A stretch of DNA of 64,000 nucleotides, taken from positions 62,001 through 126,000 of the IMG/VR virus record IMGVR_UViG_3300027899_000001; one strand, written 5' to 3'. The first letter of the stretch is position 1. Each line of letters opens with the position of its first letter. The position numbers were made by a program, and so were the translations under genes. The notes under the pieces were generated by a model. It was given only the letters and a program-made list of their open reading frames with translations. It did no database searches and was not told where the DNA came from. Shown one piece after another: positions 63,765 to 64,000 of this stretch.

Positions 63765-64000
63765 TTATACGCATAAGTTTTTTCGTTTTATAATTAAATC
63801 TGAAAGTTCTTTTTCAAAATTTGTATTTACTTCTCTTGCCATTGGCAAAACATATTTCTCTGTTTGTTCAAGATACTCTAATATTTTACCAGCAGTATGT
63901 GTATCTAAATGTAAATCAGTAAGGTTACTTATTCTATCTGCACACTTAAGAATTTTTGCATTCTTTGAACCTTTTTCTAACAATCTTTGAAGATATTCTT
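63765..64000 (-). CDS. HD-domain (RelA/SpoT-type hydrolase-like) protein, C-terminal part; 5' end outside the window
   Basis: EYLQRL...AKILKCADRISNL resembles the KLADRxxN motif; frame open to the window end. Confidence 0.6.
   Translation of the reverse strand, partial: EYLQRLLEKGSKNAKILKCADRISNLTDLHLDTHTAGKILEYLEQTEKYVLPMAREVNTNFEKELSDLIIKRKNLCV

Noticed and set aside
1-64000. Stop-codon reassignment, as in some gut jumbo phages
   Set aside because: Core genes are intact under the standard code and TAA, TAG and TGA all end genes at sensible positions

Overview
AT-rich segment of a large T4-like (myovirus-type) jumbo phage genome, standard genetic code, almost all genes on the minus strand. 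Several independent clues point to a Bacteroidota host: a GENSYA-type tmRNA tag, TAnnTTTG/A promoters, a FISUMP lipoprotein and a signal peptide followed by Gln. Core genes recognised by motifs: portal (gp20), gp2, gp4, late sigma (gp55), gp15-like tail terminator, DinG-like helicase, gp46/gp47, gp41, UvsX, C-terminal half of a split family-B polymerase, probable clamp, topoisomerase II subunits, and an inverted tail-fibre cassette. Most unusual observations: (1) a circularly permuted (two-piece) tmRNA gene at 285-540; (2) 12 ORFs carrying 17 copies of a T4 capsid-targeting-like leader followed by a conserved KFxEESDPIxDMGIG tag, fused to unrelated cargo domains, including a six-module polyprotein; (3) two covarying, inverted-repeat-bounded three-way-junction elements between face-to-face late promoters, each upstream of an inverted endonuclease gene; (4) two adjacent split-intein genes (topoisomerase II, and an AAA ATPase with an atypical 27-aa IntN), each fractured by a Vsr-like endonuclease; (5) a Type ISP-like restriction-modification system spread over four genes; (6) ten free-standing endonuclease genes, six from one family. 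All calls come from reading motifs by eye; no searches were run.
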